Below, one piece after another: positions 36,196 to 38,905 of a DNA stretch of 38,905 nt. Source of the DNA: Candidatus Sericytochromatia bacterium (lineage in GTDB: Bacteria > Cyanobacteriota > Sericytochromatia > S15B-MN24 > JAQBPE01). A program made the translations under genes and the position numbers. The notes below the pieces were generated by a model. The model saw nothing but the letters and a program-made list of their open reading frames with translations. It ran no database searches and was not told the DNA's origin. How positions within the stretch are numbered: the stretch's first letter is position 1; each line of letters opens with the position of its first letter. The stretch is taken from the NCBI GenBank assembly GCA_035285125.1, contig JAYKHR010000012.1, forward strand, positions 1-38,905, in the 5' to 3' direction.

Positions 36196-37551
36196 ATGCC
36201 CAAACGTTCCCCCGCAGCCCCCTTCACCCTGGCCTGCGCCCTGGCCCTCAGCGTCCTGACGGGATGCGCCCCGGCCGCTACCCAGGCGGGCCGGGGGGCC
36301 GTTCCCCCCCTCTCTCGGGGCAGCGCCGCGCCCGCTGCGCCAGCCCAGCCGGCGCGACCGGGCGAGCCTGCCGCCCAGCCGGCGAAGCCTGCCGCCGCGG
36401 CCGTGGCGGCGCTGCTGGCCCCTGCCGCTGGCGTCGCTGCGCCGTCGGCCGTGGCAGGCGTCGGGACGGCGCTGGCCCTCGACACGACGGTGCAGGCCCT
36501 GCTCGCGGATGCCGAGGTCCTGGCTGGCAACGGGCTGATCGGGCTCGATGCCAGCGGGCTCATCGGGCCTGATGCCAGCGGCCTGCTCGGTGATGGCGGG
36601 CTCCGCTACGCGTTGCTGTCGGACCAGGACGACGATGACGAACGTCAAAAGGCCAAGGACGGCTGGCGCGGCCTCTCCAAGGAGGAGCGGGAGGCTCGCA
36701 AAGCGGTCCACCGCAAGCGGGAGGAGCGGGTGCTCGAGGCTGCGAGGGCGGCTCTGGCCAAGCGCCGCGGTGCTTTCAAGCAGGTGGGCACCGCCACGGA
36801 GGCCACGGCGGCAGACGGGGCTCGGATCACCACGACCAAGCTCGCTGTCGCGGGCGGCGAGGTGACGGTGACGCGGGAGGTGGACGAGGCGGGCATGCCC
36901 GTTCGCCTCGCGCAGCGGTTCGTCGGGCAGCTCGAGGGGGTGGCCGTCGAGGCCACCCGCACCCGCACGCTGAGGCCCGACGGCTCGGTGCTCATCGAGG
37001 CGTCGGCACAACTCGGCACGGGGGCGGAGGCCCGCACGGTGGCGTGGACCAAGACCGTCACGGCCGAGGGCGGCGTCTCGGGCGTCGGCAAGCTGAAGGG
37101 GGCGGATGGCCGGGAGGTCGCGCTGACGGTCTCGGGAGACGTCACGGCCGAGGAGCAGATCGGGGCCAGCGTCGAGGGCGTCGAGGTGGCGGTGGTGCGC
37201 GCGGCCGGACGCGACGACGCCGAGGTGCGGGTGCGCGACAAGGATGGCAAGGAAAAGCGTGGCGCGTTCCGGGCCTCGGTGGAGGACCGAGACGACGACA
37301 AGGACGACGATAAGGACGACGACCATGATGACCACCACCACGGGGCTTCCCCGGCGCCTGGTGGCGACAAGGCTGGGCCTGCGGCCTCCGGCACCGTCCC
37401 CGTGAACCGGGACGACGACGACGACAAGGACGACGACGACAAGGACGACGACGATCGCCCCGCGACGGCCTCTCCCTCTCCCTCGCCCTCCCAGTCTCCC
37501 GACGCCTCGCGCGACGACGACAGGGACGACGACGACAGGGACGACGACTGA
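36196..37551 (+). CDS. Putative lipoprotein, paralog 3 (LIGLDASG repeats, Asp/His tail)
   Basis: GGAGG RBS and lipobox LTGC. Contains LLADAEVLAGNGLIGLDASGLIGPDASGLLGDGGLRYAL and the shared core. Confidence 0.85.
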   Translation: MPKRSPAAPFTLACALALSVLTGCAPAATQAGRGAVPPLSRGSAAPAAPAQPARPGEPAAQPAKPAAAAVAALLAPAAGVAAPSAVAGVGTALALDTTVQALLADAEVLAGNGLIGLDASGLIGPDASGLLGDGGLRYALLSDQDDDDERQKAKDGWRGLSKEEREARKAVHRKREERVLEAARAALAKRRGAFKQVGTATEATAADGARITTTKLAVAGGEVTVTREVDEAGMPVRLAQRFVGQLEGVAVEATRTRTLRPDGSVLIEASAQLGTGAEARTVAWTKTVTAEGGVSGVGKLKGADGREVALTVSGDVTAEEQIGASVEGVEVAVVRAAGRDDAEVRVRDKDGKEKRGAFRASVEDRDDDKDDDKDDDHDDHHHGASPAPGGDKAGPAASGTVPVNRDDDDDKDDDDKDDDDRPATASPSPSPSQSPDASRDDDRDDDDRDDD

Positions 37552-37558
37552 GCCTGAG

Positions 37559-37613
37559 CCGCGGGGCGGGGCGGGCTGGCCTCAGCGGCGGGCTAGCCCG
37601 CCCCGCCCTGCGG
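37559..37613. terminator. Long inverted repeat between convergent operons
   Basis: 23-bp stem (two G-U pairs on +) with a 9-nt loop and no U-tract. Confidence 0.55.
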
Positions 37614-37649
37614 GCCGCCAGGCCTCACGGCCCCCGCCTCCGCGCCTCG

Positions 37650-37814
37650 TCAGGGGTCCGAGCAGTCTCGCACGAAACCGCACCGCTCGCACTTCAGCTT
37701 GCAGTGCACGTCCAGCATCTTGTGGCCGCACAGGTCGCAGACATACCACTTGCCCGCCACGGGACGCGGGACGGGCGGGGCGCCGGGTGGCGGAGGGGGG
37801 AGTTCCTCGGACAT
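37650..37814 (-). CDS. Cys6 zinc-finger microprotein (54 aa), HVO_2523-like pattern
   Basis: Not in the ORF track. Manual translation: MSEELPPPPPGAPPVPRPVAGKWYVCDLCGHKMLDVHCKLKCERCGFVRDCSDP. Starts 7 nt after the HMG-CoA lyase stop. Confidence 0.85.
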   Translation of the reverse strand: MSEELPPPPPGAPPVPRPVAGKWYVCDLCGHKMLDVHCKLKCERCGFVRDCSDP

Positions 37815-37821
37815 CCTGGCC

Positions 37822-38748
37822 TCAGGCCGTGCGGGTGCGGCACTCGCGCGCGAGGTGGGCGCGGAGGTAGCGGCTCGGCAACTCGCGGTCGAGCGTCTGC
37901 ATCATGAAGCGGCTGGCGTCGATCACGCCCCGGAGGGAGACGCCGGTCTCGATGCCCATCTCTTCGAGCATGTACAGCAGGTCTTCTGTCGCGATGTTGC
38001 CCGTGGCGCCAGGCGCGTAGGGGCAGCCGCCCAGGCCGCCCACCGAGCTGTCGTAGGTGGTGATGCCCATGTCCAACCCCGCGACCACGTTGGCCAGGCC
38101 CAGGCCGCGTGTGTCGTGGAAGTGCAGGGCCAGCTCGGGCTCGGCGACGTCCCGACGGAGCAGGTCGATGACGGCCTGCACCTTGCGGGGGGTGGCCACG
38201 CCGATGGTGTCTCCCAGCGAGACCTGGTAGGCCCCCATCTGGAGCAGGGCCTTCGTCACCTCGCGCACCGCGTGGGCCTCGATGGGGCCCTCGTAAGGGC
38301 ACCCCCAGGCCGTCGAGACATATGCCCGCAGGCGCTTTCCAGCGGCAAGGGTGGCCGCGGCGACCTCGCTGTAGGCGGCCAGCGCAGCGGCGATGTCCCG
38401 GTTGGTGTTCTTGCGGGAAAAGGTCTCGGAGGCGGCCGCGAAGATCACGACCTCGTCCACCCGGGCTTCAAGGGCTGCCTCCAGCCCGCGCATGTTGGGC
38501 ACGAGGGCGCTGAGCACGAGGCCGGGCCGACGCTGCACCCCCGCGAGCACGGCGGCGGCATCGGCCAGCTGCGGCACCCATTTTGGGTTGACGAAGGACG
38601 TCACCTCGACGTGGCGGCAGCCGGCGGCTCCCAGCATGTCGGTGAGCGCGATCTTCGCGCTGGTGGGCACCACCTCGGGCTCGCTCTGCAAGCCGTCGCG
38701 AGGCCCCACCTCGACAACCGTCACCGCCGGCGGCAGTGCCTGGAACAT
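37822..38748 (-). CDS. Hydroxymethylglutaryl-CoA lyase
   Basis: EVGPRDGLQSE, TSFVNPKWVPQLAD, LGDTIG, HFHDTRG and GGLGGCPYAPGATGNIATED. Confidence 0.96.
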   Translation of the reverse strand: MFQALPPAVTVVEVGPRDGLQSEPEVVPTSAKIALTDMLGAAGCRHVEVTSFVNPKWVPQLADAAAVLAGVQRRPGLVLSALVPNMRGLEAALEARVDEVVIFAAASETFSRKNTNRDIAAALAAYSEVAAATLAAGKRLRAYVSTAWGCPYEGPIEAHAVREVTKALLQMGAYQVSLGDTIGVATPRKVQAVIDLLRRDVAEPELALHFHDTRGLGLANVVAGLDMGITTYDSSVGGLGGCPYAPGATGNIATEDLLYMLEEMGIETGVSLRGVIDASRFMMQTLDRELPSRYLRAHLARECRTRTA

Positions 38749-38755
38749 CGGCGGC

Positions 38756-38905
38756 TCACTCCAGCACGATGAGCGTGTCGCCTTCGTTCACGAAGTCGCC
38801 GGCGCCCACCTTGACGTCTTGCACCGTGCCGTCGAACTCCGAGGGGATGAACATCTGCATCTTCATCGACTCGATGCACACGACGTCCATGCCTTCGGTG
38901 ACGGC
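38756..38905 (-). CDS. Biotin carboxyl carrier domain/protein (C-terminal part; start outside the window)
   Basis: Manual translation AVTEGMDVVCIESMKMQMFIPSEFDGTVQDVKVGAGDFVNEGDTLIVLE*, containing the ESMKM biotinylation motif. Confidence 0.92.
   Translation of the reverse strand, partial: AVTEGMDVVCIESMKMQMFIPSEFDGTVQDVKVGAGDFVNEGDTLIVLE

Noticed and set aside
37426..37455. DDDDK (enterokinase/FLAG-like) and HHH as a synthetic tag or vector contamination
   Set aside because: They are embedded in a natural Asp-rich tail with host codon usage. There is no DYKDDDDK, His6 or vector sequence.

Overview
This is a very GC-rich bacterial chromosomal window with about 33 protein-coding genes. I see no rRNA, tRNA, CRISPR array or mobile element. 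In order: a partial Wzx-type flippase; trmFO; tdk; two short tandem flagellins, each with a sigma28-type promoter and CsrA-type AGGA hairpins; a TPR-like protein; DUF1292 and ruvX; a large DUF4011-SF1 helicase-Vsr-like-DUF3320 (Hhe-like) protein; two papain-family lipoproteins flanking a DUF3370 lipoprotein and a secreted unknown; a GmhB-like HAD phosphatase; an orphan toxin-like gene behind a third sigma28-like promoter; a coupled tandem-GNAT plus APH-fold kinase; a GHL10 hydrolase coupled to a Ser/Thr kinase-ATPase-TPR protein; divergently, a Pro/Gly/Tyr low-complexity protein with three amphipathic helices coupled to a GH1; glpK coupled to a catalytically degenerate GDPD-like protein; an FAD oxidoreductase; three tandem paralogous lipoproteins with LIGLDASG-type octapeptide repeats and three chemically different low-complexity tails; and the end of an operon of biotin carrier, HMG-CoA lyase and a 54-aa Cys6 zinc-finger microprotein absent from the ORF track. 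The best candidates for undescribed systems are the three-lipoprotein array (33008-37551), the amphipathic-helix/GYP-repeat protein plus GH1 (25555-27917) and the sigma28-linked toxin-like orphan (16896-17739). Gene content suggests a flagellated, non-photosynthetic relative of Cyanobacteria such as Ca. Sericytochromatia, but that is inference. All family assignments come from motif recognition by eye; no searches were run.
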